DNA of 63,851 nucleotides, counting the filler, from Intoshia linei (Eukaryota; Animalia; Orthonectida): assembly GCA_001642005.1 (NCBI GenBank). It is 8 parts of 8 records of this genome, joined end to end, with 100 filler letters (N's around TTAATTAATTAA, not from the genome) between each part and the next. Parts side by side here need not be neighbours in the genome. Positions count along the whole stretch, not along the records: positions 38,901 to 53,493 come from LWCA01000958.1; positions 53,594 to 55,691 come from LWCA01002409.1; positions 55,792 to 59,408 come from LWCA01002061.1; positions 59,509 to 61,437 come from LWCA01002482.1; positions 61,538 to 62,673 come from LWCA01002773.1; positions 62,774 to 63,851 come from LWCA01002809.1; 2 more parts are not named here. The stretch is one strand, 5' to 3'. The notes under the pieces are model-generated. The model was not told where the DNA came from and did not search any database. It saw only the letters and a list, made by a program, of their open reading frames with translations. Shown here piece after piece: positions 51,602 to 63,851 of this stretch. The first letter of the stretch is position 1; each line of letters starts with the position of its first letter. The translations under genes were made by a program, and so were the position numbers.

Positions 51602-53493
51602 TTATTCCAGCGGTCCTCCAAATGGACGGCTTACAGAGTCTGAGGGAACTGAAATTTCAGAAAAATTATTAATTTAAATTAGAATCGTTAACAATAACTT
51701 TAATTTAGTCTTTGATATTTAATTAATATATTCTGGATTAATTTTGGATTATAATAAAATTAAATTTAATTAAATTTCCTGTTCAAATAAAAAATGTACC
51801 GAATTATGTCAAAATTAATCAACAATTTATGTTTCAAGTGTAGCCTTTTAATATTAATTATATGCAATGTTAATAAATAGAGATTAGTAGGTTTGTTAAG
51901 AAAGAAAAAAACACATTGAGGAAATTAACACAAAAAACTTTGTAATATTTATAATCTGTTAGGGGTCTCAAATAGATTTTAGAGAGCCACTCCTTTATTC
52001 TATTTAACCTTTATTTCAATAACTACCAGTCTTAGAATTTTATAAAGTCCACATTGCAATTACCGTTTTTTCCGGAATGTTAGCAAAATAAATTTCAACC
52101 TCCAAAACTCCTATCGTAAGGGTCAAAAAGCCCAATTGTCCTTTTTTTTGAAAATCAAATCAGTTCAAGTATTTAAAGAAATATATACTCTGATACGGAT
52201 TTTAAAATGATAAATATTATCATAAATTGAAATTTAAAAAAAAATATCTTCAGGGCCAAAACTCCAAATGACCTTTTTTTATTTAATGAAAACAGCCCTA
52301 GAATTTCAAAAAATTTACAGGTGGTATAGTTGTATCCTGTTAACACACATAAAAAATTTCAATCTGAATAAGTGACGCCTTCACGGTCGTAAAAGCATTT
52401 TAGTATTCATATTTTTTTTCCGAAATATTTTATTAAAACAAAAAATGTGAAATAAATTAACGGTTTGAAAATTAAAAAAAAAATTATTCTGATAGAGCTT
52501 ATTCTAGTTGATATAAACAAAAATTTCAACCCCAGAAATCTATGCATTCCCGGTGAAAAATAATTTTTAATATATTTTTAACCATTATTTTTAAAATATT
52601 TCGATTAAAATAAAATTTGAAAATCTAAACATGATCCTATAATTTCAAAAAACAATGAACCTAGTTATAATATAATTATCAACCAATATTTTCAAAGTTT
52701 TCAATTAAACTTTGATTCAAAATGATAAATAAAAATATTAATATTCATCCTACAATTTCAAAAAAAATATAAGTTAACTTATATATTGGAAATACAAAAA
52801 TTTTGGTATTTGTCTTATAAATTCAATTCTTCGCGTCACAAAAATACGCAATTTCTGAAATAAAACATACAATGAAATATACCATTGCTATTATTAACAA
52901 TTATGATTAAATGTAAAATTACCATCGTCGAAATCTAACTGGGCAAGAGTAAATAATTTCATCTAAATTATTTTATTAATTAAATTAATATAAGTAAAAC
53001 ATAATGTATTATATCTGAAACTCTGATACATTTTCAATAATAAAGATTAATATTGTTAGTACAGTACATTAAATGTGTCCAATAGACACAGTCTATATCA
53101 GTGTTTCCCAACCTGGGCGACTAGTGGCGATTTGAATTTTTTACTGGGCGATGCGAAAATATATAAAAAAATATATATTTTTAATTTTTTTCCACAAATT
53201 AAATGTTCAATTTTATCAAATAAAAAAAAATTGTGAATTAAATTGAATTATTGAATTAATTAATTATAATAATTATTTATTAATGAATTTTACTAACTTA
53301 ACTTAACTATTTACTAAAGATATATTGATACTATATGTTACTATACTGTCCAAGAATCTTAATTATTATTTTAAATTATCATTGTATAATTAAACACCTA
53401 CTCGAATAATCGACTTCATTACAAAATAGTAATTAACTGTTACAAGATGCGAGATTCTACCCAAAGAGACAGTTTTGTTGGATTGATCAACTC
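51602..53493 (-). CDS. 3' terminal exons of an unidentified gene
   Basis: Exons 53402-53493, 52923-52962 and 51602-51648 join in frame through GT-AG introns: VDQSNKTVSLGRISHLVTVNYYFVMKSIIR|MKLFTLAQLDFDD|VPSDSVSRPFGGPLE*. Confidence 0.6.
52010..52665 (+). mobile_element. Helitron-family internal fragment
   Basis: Reverse complement of about 17290-17930. Confidence 0.72.
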
Positions 53494-53915
53494 NNNNNNN
53501 NNNNNNNNNNNNNNNNNNNNNNNNNNNNNNNNNNNNNTTAATTAATTAANNNNNNNNNNNNNNNNNNNNNNNNNNNNNNNNNNNNNNNNNNNNAAGTATT
53601 TATTAAATTGGTACTGAATATATATCATCACATTGAAAATGACAAAAAAGTTTTTTATAATTTTATTTTATCTGGAATTTATGTTATTTATAACATTTTT
53701 AATATTGGACTGTTTTTACTTTATTTTTAATATAATACCCACATTCTGTCAAATAAATTAAAAAAATAAGATGAAACTTAAAAAAAAATTCTTCTTTATC
53801 GCATATAATACAATAAACGGAATACATTCCTTGTTAACGGTGTTTCGCTGTTTAAGGCTCAAAAATTCCATTAACTATAGTCGATGTATGTAAAAAAAAT
53901 TTAAAATAAAATTAC

Positions 53916-55691
53916 TATTTTCATCATCTTTTTTCTTGTTGATTTTAATTTTCTTTTTATAAACTTTGGTGAGATATTCATTAAACTTGGTTTCTTTTAA
54001 AATTTCAGAATGAAAAGCAGAATTATTAATTTTTTCTCTTTCTAAAATGGATTCAATTTCAATTTTTTTTTCATCCAACTTTGATTCAGCTTCAACAATT
54101 TTAGTGCCATTTATTTTTAATTGTTCAAACTCATTTTCCAATTTTTCCGTAATAACATTTTCTGTTTTTTCAAAATATTTCAAAAGATTTAATTCTTGAT
54201 ACAGTGTAATGAAACGTAATTCTGCATACTTGATGTATAAATCAGTTTGATTTTTGATAATTTCCAATTTAATTAATTTCCGATCAAAAGCATCAATTAA
54301 ACTAGTTAAAAATTTATTAATTTTCTCACTTTGATGATTAAATTTTTCCAAATAAGCATCATCACTAACGGAAGAATTTTCTTTGGATAAAATTTTGTTA
54401 ATTTCCACATTATTATTATCAATTTCAATATTTTTTTCAGTGTGATATTTGATTATTTCTTTTTTTTCGTTTTTCAGTAATTGAAAATAATTGTTGAATT
54501 TTTTCTTTTTTGAATAAATAAGTTTGGCTAAATCGACAAGTTCATTTCGTGTTTTTTCTCCATTCAATCGTAAATGATCTGGCACAATGTAATTTTGGGC
54601 GCTTTTGAGTTTATAGTTACCGATATTAAGTCTGGCTAATCGAATTGCTTCAACATCTTGGGGATTGTCTTTGTTTATAATTTCTTTTTTTGCAAAAAGT
54701 GCATCCCATTCATTTTTACGTTTCTGACGAATTTCTTTTTTACGTTTATGTGCTTCAATGGATTTTTCAATAACATCCTTAACTCCTCCTTTAAATTTAG
54801 TAGTCGTTTCCTCGTCTTCTTTAATTGTTTCACTTTTTTCAGTCAACTCTTTATCAGATAATTTCAATAATGAATTTTGTTGAGATATTTTCGATTGCAT
54901 TGTCATCCTGTGTTGTAGGGTTGGTTTAGTTTTTCGACTTTTAATAATATTATCTGGTAATTTTGTAATTCTATAATTATATACATTTGAATCAACGTTA
55001 AAGAATTTTAAATAGTCCAATGTTTCTTCCAAATCCAATTTGTACGTTTTTTCAAGTTTTTCATACAACATTTTACATTTTTCAGATTCCCACGCCATTA
55101 TTCTTTTTTGAATTGTCAATTTATCTTCATGTTCCAAGTGCAAATCTTTTCTAATGTCAGGGTCCATTTCCAAATTATTACCTGATAATCTATGCATTTC
55201 TAGTAATTCATTATTTTTTGATTTTATGAGCACAAATTCATCCCGCATTTCATTTATTTTTTTTATAATTTCCTGTTTTGACTTGTTGGCATCGTTTAAT
55301 AATTTATCTTGATGTGTACGTTGTTTTCCTTCTTCAATGCTGTAATGTTTTGGATTTTCAATATCTTCAACATTATTTAATTTTAACGACTCTTGGGAAA
55401 CTTTAAACAAGTTATCATTTTCAATTTTTTCAAAATCCTGCAGAAATTCATAAACAAATATATTTCCATCTTGGCCAGTTGATACAATGAATCTACCATC
55501 AAATGAACTTTTAATTGCTGTTATTCCCCCACTGATAGAATCATGAGCAGATAAACTCCAATAAGATACCAGATTTTCCGGATACAAATTTTGAAAAATA
55601 TTTTTCTGAATTCGTATCGACCCGTCAGACATTCCAAATACCACAAAGTTGTTGACAAAATTAAAACAAGAAATTGACACATTTGTGGCTT
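53916..55691 (-). CDS. CFAP44: Cilia- and flagella-associated protein 44 (WDR52), one large internal exon
   Basis: YWSLSAHD...SSFDGRFIVSTGQDGNIFVY, EDIENPKHYSIEEGK, NPQDVEAIRLARLNIGNYKLKSAQNYIVPDHLR, TLYQELNLLKYFEKTE and EYLTKVYKKKIK match CFAP44. Splice donor at 53915; both flanks are lost at spacers. Confidence 0.9.
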
Positions 55692-56235
55692 NNNNNNNNN
55701 NNNNNNNNNNNNNNNNNNNNNNNNNNNNNNNNNNNTTAATTAATTAANNNNNNNNNNNNNNNNNNNNNNNNNNNNNNNNNNNNNNNNNNNNAACAATCCA
55801 GAACTGATGATGGAGTAAGAACCACTTTGGCGATGACCTTTTTGATTAATGTAGACATTAGTTGTGGATAAAAATTGGGTTGACCAGGGGGGTTGTAGAA
55901 GGATGAAAAGGCAGAGTTTAAATGTTGATCGTTGTCATAGGGAGAATCAATCAAAATACCACTCGAGTTTAAAAGTTAAATAATGTTATTTGTTTGCAGT
56001 TTGGAAGATGCATATTTACAAGAGTTAACACTGTGCAAAGTTAACGCTTTAATGGTTACTGATTTCTCAATAAAATGCATATTTTAAAAAATATAAATAA
56101 TTGTCGTACAATATTTCAAAACGGTTACAAAAATTTGGCAGTTATTCTCTGTGAAACAAACTAGCCTGGCTGGAAAACTAGGTTTGTAATTTGCAACAAG
56201 CTGAAATATGGATAAAGTTTAATGTATAACATTAT

Positions 56236-57548
56236 TTAAGTATTTTTTCTTTGTCGATGTATTCAGCTATGACTTCTATTTCAATTGCAGCTTCCTAAAA
56301 TAAATTAAGTAAATAAGAGAGTGTCGGGTATTTTCAGATCGCCCTGGACTTTATTTTGTTGAATATACTCGAATCCTTTCTCTTCAGTTAAAATTGAAAC
56401 GTATCATGTGTAAATTTTTAAAAACGGGGTCGTATAATTTTTTGATATAAAAAAGTGGCCCACCATATGCAAAAGGTTGCCGACCTCTGGTCCACAACGT
56501 CCAAAAACATTAAGAATCCTTGATTTACAAAATATACAATACCATTGGTAATTTGGAAACTTCAAATGCGGACCTGGCTGGCTTGTGTTTAAAATCTAAA
56601 AAATAAATCATAATTAAATGAAAATTGTTACATTGTTTGTATATTTCGTTAACTCCAGCCCAATCAGCTATGTTATTGAGAAATATAGTAACTTTTAATA
56701 CTAAATATTACATTATTTCTTTGCATAAACAACTTAACCATTATCAATAGATTGATTTGCATCCTCCAGTAACATTTTTACGTTTTCAAAACACTAAATA
56801 TTTTTAAATCGCGATATCCATATTTCCCCAATTTAACCGAATAGAAAATGCTTGCATTATCGGGGAAAAAACCTTTTAGAATATGTTATTATAATAATAA
56901 TTATAAATCCGATACTGAAAATTAAAACACAGTATTCTCTCAAGCAATCATAAGTTCAATTTTTCCCTATCCTCTAAAATTTAGGGGATTACGCTTTTGA
57001 TTAGAGTCTAAATCAGGGGTGGGCATATTTTTCACATATATTGACAATCATAAATATTGTGTTTGATACATTTAAAATGTCAAGTTAAGACCCTTGGAGA
57101 GGTGATTAGGATTATATAACACTACGCACCGTTTTAGAACAACCCCTCCCCTTGTAACGTCATTTTGGAAAAAAATAATAATTGTCTTATTATTTCTTTT
57201 ATTTACATTTTAGAATGCATATCAGTAATTCTTAACCGATACACTCAAGTGTCACCAAAATCTAAGTGAGCGAGCGAAAACTGATTTTTTAAAGAGTCGT
57301 CACACTACATTGCCTGATTGAATGTTTTATTTTTTGTATTATTATAATGAAATGAAATACCTGTTTAGCCTGTTCGTCTGTTTTCGAACTAACCAACTTT
57401 TGATCTTTATTAATGCCAATTTGACCAGACAAATACATCACATTATTGGATATCACAGCATGACTGGAAAATTTATTTATAAAAAAACTTCAATAAACTT
57501 GTAATGGCCCAACGCGGGTGCGATACTTTTAGAATTAAAAATTTTCAT
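56236..57548 (-). CDS. RIDA: RidA/YjgF/UK114-family 2-iminopropanoate deaminase, 6 exons (absent from the ORF track)
   Basis: Exons 57499-57548, 57361-57463, 56739-56793, 56632-56700, 56543-56595 and 56236-56294 give MKIFNSKSIAPALGHYNHAVISNNVMYLSGQIG...CFENVKMLL...VLKVTIFL...[35 protein letters not shown]. The catalytic Arg (PAR) is present. Confidence 0.94.
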
Positions 57549-57930
57549 ACGTATTTGTTTGACAATTTAAAAATCAGCGATAAATTGAACTTTTTATTTC
57601 CACAGTACAACCCATGAAAACTAATTCGATAAATAAATTATAGTCTTTTATAATATAGTCTATATTATAGACGATATATATAATATAGACGAACGAGTGT
57701 AATTGACTATTGTTGAACATTACACCCAAACGAGACTGGCTTAATCGTAACCTTAGAGAACAAAAATGGCGTCACTTAATCTTTTGTATAGCATAAAAAT
57801 CAAAAAGTAAATATTCATCCTACAATTTAAAAAAATTGATGACGTTATTAAAAATTTTATTTAGTTAATAAAAATGTTTTAAATTCTAAAATTTAGAAAG
57901 AATGCATGTAATTATATTTATTTTTAAGAC

Positions 57931-58060
57931 TGTAGTATAATTAGTAAGATTTAAATAAGAGCTTTTAATAGAACAAGCAAATTCAACTTAGGTTGATAAT
58001 ATAGATAAATAACAATCAATCTCATCTTCAATCTTTATAGTGATATTATATATCACTACA
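57931..58060 (-). mobile_element. Solo LTR, 130 bp
   Basis: TGTAGT...ACTACA termini with a perfect 5-bp TSD AAGAC (57926-57930 and 58061-58065). The reverse complement starts TGTAGTGATAT(N6)ATCACTATAA, like the LTR at 62478. Confidence 0.85.
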
Positions 58061-59508
58061 AAGACTACATAAATGAATTAGATTATTAGTTGCACTGGTC
58101 CAGATTATTTGAGTGAATTTTTAGTATACGGGTTGAGCATGGATTTCAAATTGGCAAGGTTTACATTTTGATACATTGTTACAGAAATGAACTTGGCCAG
58201 ATTGAATTTTTCTGTTTTGATTACAGTGGCTTCATTACGGATATTATTGAATAGTCAAGCGCGTACCACTGGAACATATTGCCGAAATGTGGCGACTTGA
58301 ATCTAATTAATAAACATGATTTATAAAAAGTAAAAAAATTAATTTATAAAAAACCTTTGTTTATAAAACATCAGGTTTGAATTTATCAATTTGAGTTTGT
58401 TAAATTTCATAACCGTATCGTTCAATTCATATCCATATTGTTGAATAATATTATAAAAATATGGTACTTTTTCTAAATGAAAAATTAGTTTAAAATTTCA
58501 CGATTCAGTTTATTAATTACAAATCAAATAAATTATATTTGTTAATAAATATAAACAGTACCAAATAACACTTTAGTTTCTTCATTACGTGATGTCTACT
58601 CGCCATTTTTGAATCTGTATATTCTATTGTTTGCCTACGAATGATTTAATGAAAAATTTAAATTTCATTATTAAAAATTTACTTCTCGAAATCCAACGTA
58701 AATAAATATTGCGCAGCTATTGATCTATATTGATCAGTATTGTTAAATTGTGTTATATTAAAGTATGTTGTGTTGTAATTATTTGGATTTGAATTGTCGA
58801 TTAAGTGTCGGTTTTACGTACGAGGATAGTCATTTTGATGTTGATTTAAATGGTTATTACAGGTAGTTGTAGCATTAATCTCTTTATATTAAATTTATTT
58901 ATTATAATTAATATTTATCATGATAATAATAGCGAATCAAAAACTTTAAAATACATCTTGCATGTTTTAAGTGTCGCATTCATGTATATGCCATTTCATA
59001 TGACTGGATTGTTTTAATTGTGTTTATTTAAAATAATCAAAAGAGTTGATCCAATTGAAATATTTGTTTTTGTATACTGTTATTGAACATTCACATTGTA
59101 TATTTCATTTTTTATTGTAATTTGCATAATTTTGTTAAATTTACTGATCTACACAATCGGTATGTTTTTTGCAAGGCTGTAAATCTCCTAATTATATTTG
59201 ATTTTTAAATATTAATCTGACATTAGCATCAAACAGTAACGTTTAGTTTAGTAAAACGTTTGTGCCCATATGCACGCAGAATTGGAAATATTTACCAACC
59301 CTCCATACCAGAGCCGTTTTAAGGAATGGGCAATATGGGCTGTAGCCCAGGATTACTCATTAAAAAGGCCCCAAATTAATAAAAGTACTTTACATTTATA
59401 TCTTAAAANNNNNNNNNNNNNNNNNNNNNNNNNNNNNNNNNNNNNNNNNNNNTTAATTAATTAANNNNNNNNNNNNNNNNNNNNNNNNNNNNNNNNNNNN
59501 NNNNNNNN

Positions 59509-60200
59509 CACATTACATGTATCACAGATTATCATTACTATGTTATCAATGATTCCATACGTTTTGATAGTTTTCTTTATTGCACAGAAAAGCGTTGCTG
59601 AAGTTACATTCTTTAGATGATGAACATTAATCGCAACACCCGGGTTTTCTTCATATTGAACACATACTACCAGTTCCTCAACAATATTATTGGACCAATC
59701 TTTACATCTACGACCGTCAAAGTGAAGACTTAATTTTTTGGTAGATATATAATTTTTTAATTGATTAAAATGTCTCATAAACAGGTTGCGTTTGTTTCTC
59801 CATATTGAGGACGTTGATATTCCACAATATCCAAATAAATTATCTAATATGCCCTGACATGTGGATGGACCAGCGATACATCCAATATGTTTTTTTGATT
59901 TTCCAGGAACAGTAAATCTTCGTTGAGTACTTTTGATTGATCACTTTTATGACAATAAAATCGTTACATTGTGGAGTATTTTTCCTTTTAGAGGCTATTA
60001 TATATTCACTATATAACTTTCTTAACATGTCTTCCATCCTCTTTCCTCCAATAATGTTTAACCCAGTTTTAATATATATTTCACTCAATTCACCACTACA
60101 TATTCTGAAAACAAATACTTTTTTACATTATTTCAAACATAATATTTTTCGAAAAACATCTTTTCTTGAGGGTATTTTATTTAGGTTCAAATCATAATCA
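59509..60200 (-). mobile_element. Decayed transposase (hATm-like)
   Basis: LSLHFDGRR...EELVV...TSATLF..I...G..DNIVMIICDTCNV resembles the LH(W/F)DG...DTTxxN catalytic motifs. Upstream sequence is frame-broken. Confidence 0.68.
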
Positions 60201-61769
60201 AAATAATGACCAACAGCAAAGTCCAATTGACGAGAAGTCATATTGAATAAAATAGAAGTATTATATAATGTAAATAAAGTAATTAATTGTTCACGCATGT
60301 AAATAAAACATGGATTTAAGTTAAATCCGTATATTTTAAATTTAAACTATATTTTATAATCCACTTCAAATTTCAATATTTGTATAACTTAAATTCCTGA
60401 CTTGTAAACATATAAATACGTTGATAAATAAAACCATCCATGTCAATAAGTGAAAGGAAATCACTTAAGCATAGTTTGCCTACCAACATATCAAAATCAC
60501 ACGTGAAGAGTGGTTTAAATAATACAAAAATTATTGCGGATTAAGGAAATACACCAAAGAGAGAAAAAATCAATGCATAACTCCTACAGAAAATGAAGTA
60601 TCCTTTTTAATTCTTTATTATATCACTCAATGTAAATGCCAATTGATATTGTGTGATCTTGAAAGAGGGAAAAACCCAAAAACAGCTAAACCAAACATTT
60701 TATTTTATTATCAAATTTATTAAAAGTATATAATAAACTAAAATAATCAAGTTTATATTAATATTAATTTAAAAACTTTAAACGTGATACGCAACTCATC
60801 GGCACAATTTTTCCGAATTTTAATACCAACATGATGTTTGTAATACTAATACTAGACTAAATTTTCCTACCTCAAATAAAGATTTGTGAAACACCATAGT
60901 GTATAATATTAAAAATAAAGTAAAAACAGTCCAATCCTAAAAATTGTCATAAATAGCATAAATTCTAGAAAAAATAAAATTATAAAAACATGTTTTGTCA
61001 TTTTCAATGTGATGACATATATTCAGTATCAATTTAATAAATACTTAAAAATACCAATTATGTATAAATAATTAATTGAATCTTCACTTTATAAATATTT
61101 CAGTCGAATTTTACCATTATTGCAAAAAATTGTAATATAAAAATGGTTGATGTGAAAAATTTGTCCATACTTTTGGCCTTTTTTCTTGTGAAGGTTACTT
61201 TTATTTTTACCATTTTATGTTAAATTTGTAACCATTACACTGCCCAACACAAAACATGCAAGGATGATGAATACATCATCTTTTTCGTCTCAATGAACTG
61301 GTCAACGCTATAAAAATATTATTTTTCAATCACGTTCAAATTTTTTTTTAATTGACGGTGAAGTTGCAAAAATGTCAAAAATAAGGGTTTTCAAAGCCAT
61401 CTTAAACACAATTAGAAACGCCAACTATGTATTTTATNNNNNNNNNNNNNNNNNNNNNNNNNNNNNNNNNNNNNNNNNNNNTTAATTAATTAANNNNNNN
61501 NNNNNNNNNNNNNNNNNNNNNNNNNNNNNNNNNNNNNGAAAAACTAATTCGCAATCAAAAACATTTAACGCTATCTATTCGAGTTGCGTTTTTTATTTTA
61601 AATATCACTGTCAAAATATTATGGAGAAATTATAACTGAAATTTATTTTAACGGAAATTGGCGTTTGAGGTTTTAAACGTGGTACCGACTTTGTAATATT
61701 GCTTTCCATGTTTAGTTATACAGTTCATTTTTTTAAATTTGTTCCTAACTCAATTTTTTTGGAATCCAA

Positions 61770-62469
61770 CACACTGAAACCTGTAACATGCAACTTATTT
61801 AACAAACTCTGGCAAATTGATATAATCGGCCCGATAACAACGAGCAACAAAGGCCATAAATATATTCTGAATATGATGGATCATATGACAGGTTAGCCAG
61901 AAATAATTCCTTTAGCTGAAGTAACGGCAGAATCAATAAGCGAATCAATTTGGTAAAACATAATTGTGAGATACGGACCACCATCTCACATACAAACTGA
62001 CCAGGGTAGACAATTCACCAGCAAACTAATTGCTAATTTACTCAACACGTTAAAAAAAAAAAATACAATGTCGGAACCGTATAAACGCGCTCAGATCGGA
62101 TTAATCGAAAGGTCCAATCGAACTGTACGAGAAAAATTGAGAGTATTATGCAATAAAAATTTTGACAATTGGGATACACATCTATCATCTATCTTGGCAA
62201 ATTTACGTTTCTGTCCAACAGAAAAAAACAAATTATCTCCTCTCGAGCTAGTTTATGGTTTCAATGCATTTCTACCTCAAAGAAAAAAATCAAATTCGAA
62301 TAATCTAAAACAATTCATCTTCAAAGCAAAAAATTATAGAAAATCCTACCTCAAACGTATGGCCCGCAATTATAACAAAACCTCAAAATACACAAATCAT
62401 GATAAACTTTACACACCTAATAACCCCATTTCATCAAAAGAGCAAAACTTATTCAAAATAAAATCTTAG
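61770..62469 (+). mobile_element. Ty3/Gypsy integrase core (rve), pseudogenised
   Basis: WQIDIIGPI...GHKYIL..MDHMT, then RYGPPSHIQTDQGRQFTS...GLIERSNRT...WDTHL...SPLELVYG (D,D35E), with a stop and a frameshift between the two parts. Confidence 0.9.
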
Positions 62470-62673
62470 GGCAGAGGTGTAGTGATATCTCTACATCACT
62501 ATAACTATCAATATATAATTACCTTAGATACAAATCATTCTAGAAACAAATATTTATAATATCGACTTATTGTTAAATTCTTCATTAAAAACTTAAATAT
62601 AAATTAAGTCTAAGCTACTTTGTAGCGTTGCTATATCTCTTATGTACATATCTGACTTTATTTATACTCTTAT
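62468..62673 (+). mobile_element. Polypurine tract and 3' LTR of the Gypsy element
   Basis: AGGGCAGAGG (62468-62477) is immediately followed by TGTAGTGATAT. The end is probably lost at the spacer. Confidence 0.75.
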
Positions 62674-63851
62674 NNNNNNNNNNNNNNNNNNNNNNNNNNN
62701 NNNNNNNNNNNNNNNNNTTAATTAATTAANNNNNNNNNNNNNNNNNNNNNNNNNNNNNNNNNNNNNNNNNNNNCATTGTGTTTTACTAAACATTTATTTA
62801 TCAACAATATTCGAGACTTATGTGATTAACTAGAATTTATATGAACTACATCATATCTCTCGACGCTAAAAAATGTTGAAGAAAAGAGAAAATCAAGAAG
62901 ACATTTCAGTATAATAGTTTAAATTATTGTCCAATTCACATATGGGATATTTAAAATAAATATATTTAAACTGTATAATATAAAATGAAATATTAAACAA
63001 TTGACAATTTCTTGACATATAAAAAGTAACAAAATAAAATTTTAGAATTTTAATAGAATAAGATAATCAATAACGATGTATATTCAATTAGCTGCAAAAA
63101 ATTATTAATCTAATAAATTATTCGAATCAAAATAAATATGTAATGTGTGTTTTGATTTTTTAAAATTTTTAAAAATTTTTTAAATGCATTGGAACATGAT
63201 TCAAATGGCTCGCAAAAATATGCACTCAAAAGGTTGCTGCTTAACAATTATTTAGCAATCACTGCATTAAAGAATTAGCGTAAATTACTCATCGGAATTG
63301 ATAATTAAGCATATCAAATAGTTAATTTTAATGTGGAAATGCGCATTATATTATCGTACAATTTTTCAAGTAGATTCTAAAAATCAATTTTGATTTAGTG
63401 ACGATGAAAATGTTTAGTCTGAAATCAAGCCACAATATTTATACTTAATCTTTAACATGTCAAGCACCCGTTCATGTACGGGTCGTGTGATGATATTGCT
63501 AATATTTAATATATACCAGGAAGTAATTCAATTAAATTATCTAATTATTCAAGAAAATTGATTATTGCAAAATTATCATTATTATTACACATAAGCGACT
63601 GGAATGGCAATATGCCAATTTTATTGAATTTATATTAAAATTAAAAAAATTTTCATGTCAATTGTAGATTTTGAATATTTAAAATTCAATTTTATTCGAC
63701 CCAATAATAATTTAGCTTTGAGTCTACTGCAGATATGATATTTGTTATTACACTGAATTGTACTATATACATGGTGTTTACAAATATTTCATTTTTTTGA
63801 CTAATGCAAATGTATTGATTGGCAAACCTTTCCATTTTATTATATCTATTT

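Noticed and set aside
6734-55691. A cilia/sperm gene cluster including CFAP44
   Set aside because: CFAP44 is on a separate contig several spacers away; only the QRICH2/kelch pair is contiguous.
59270-59408. 64-aa ORF
   Set aside because: It translates a hAT-type MITE end (CAGAGCCGTTTTAAGG...GGGCTGTAGCCCAGG).
1-63851. tRNA, rRNA, CRISPR arrays, U12-type introns, alternative genetic code
   Set aside because: None seen. Conserved genes translate with the standard code, and the junctions I examined are GT-AG.

Overview
AT-rich, intron-dense animal genomic DNA with many 30-60 bp GT-AG introns. The style resembles a compacted parasite genome such as the orthonectid Intoshia, but that is an inference. 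The window is eight contigs joined by artificial 100-bp spacers (N44-TTAATTAATTAA-N44), so adjacency across spacers is not evidence of linkage. By manual splicing I recognise nine genes: HIP1/HIP1R (3' part), QRICH2/DUF4795-like, KLHL10-like (partial), an SLC5A3-like Na+/solute symporter (5'-truncated), adenylosuccinate lyase, a KSR-like pseudokinase, NAF1, UPF1 and RidA. There is also one large CFAP44 exon, an unidentified gene end and an orphan ORF. Larger introns and intergenic DNA are filled with mobile DNA: a modular non-autonomous Helitron family (about 10 copies or fragments), hAT, Tc1/pogo and piggyBac-type MITEs with intact target-site duplications (TSDs), hAT transposase relics, a Gypsy integrase relic with its 3' LTR, and a related 130-bp solo LTR. 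I found no clear-cut novel multi-gene system. The best leads are the modular Helitron family, the stripped-down KSR-like pseudokinase, the divergent QRICH2/KLHL10-like pair, and several unexplained coding relics. All homology calls come from recalled motifs, not database searches.
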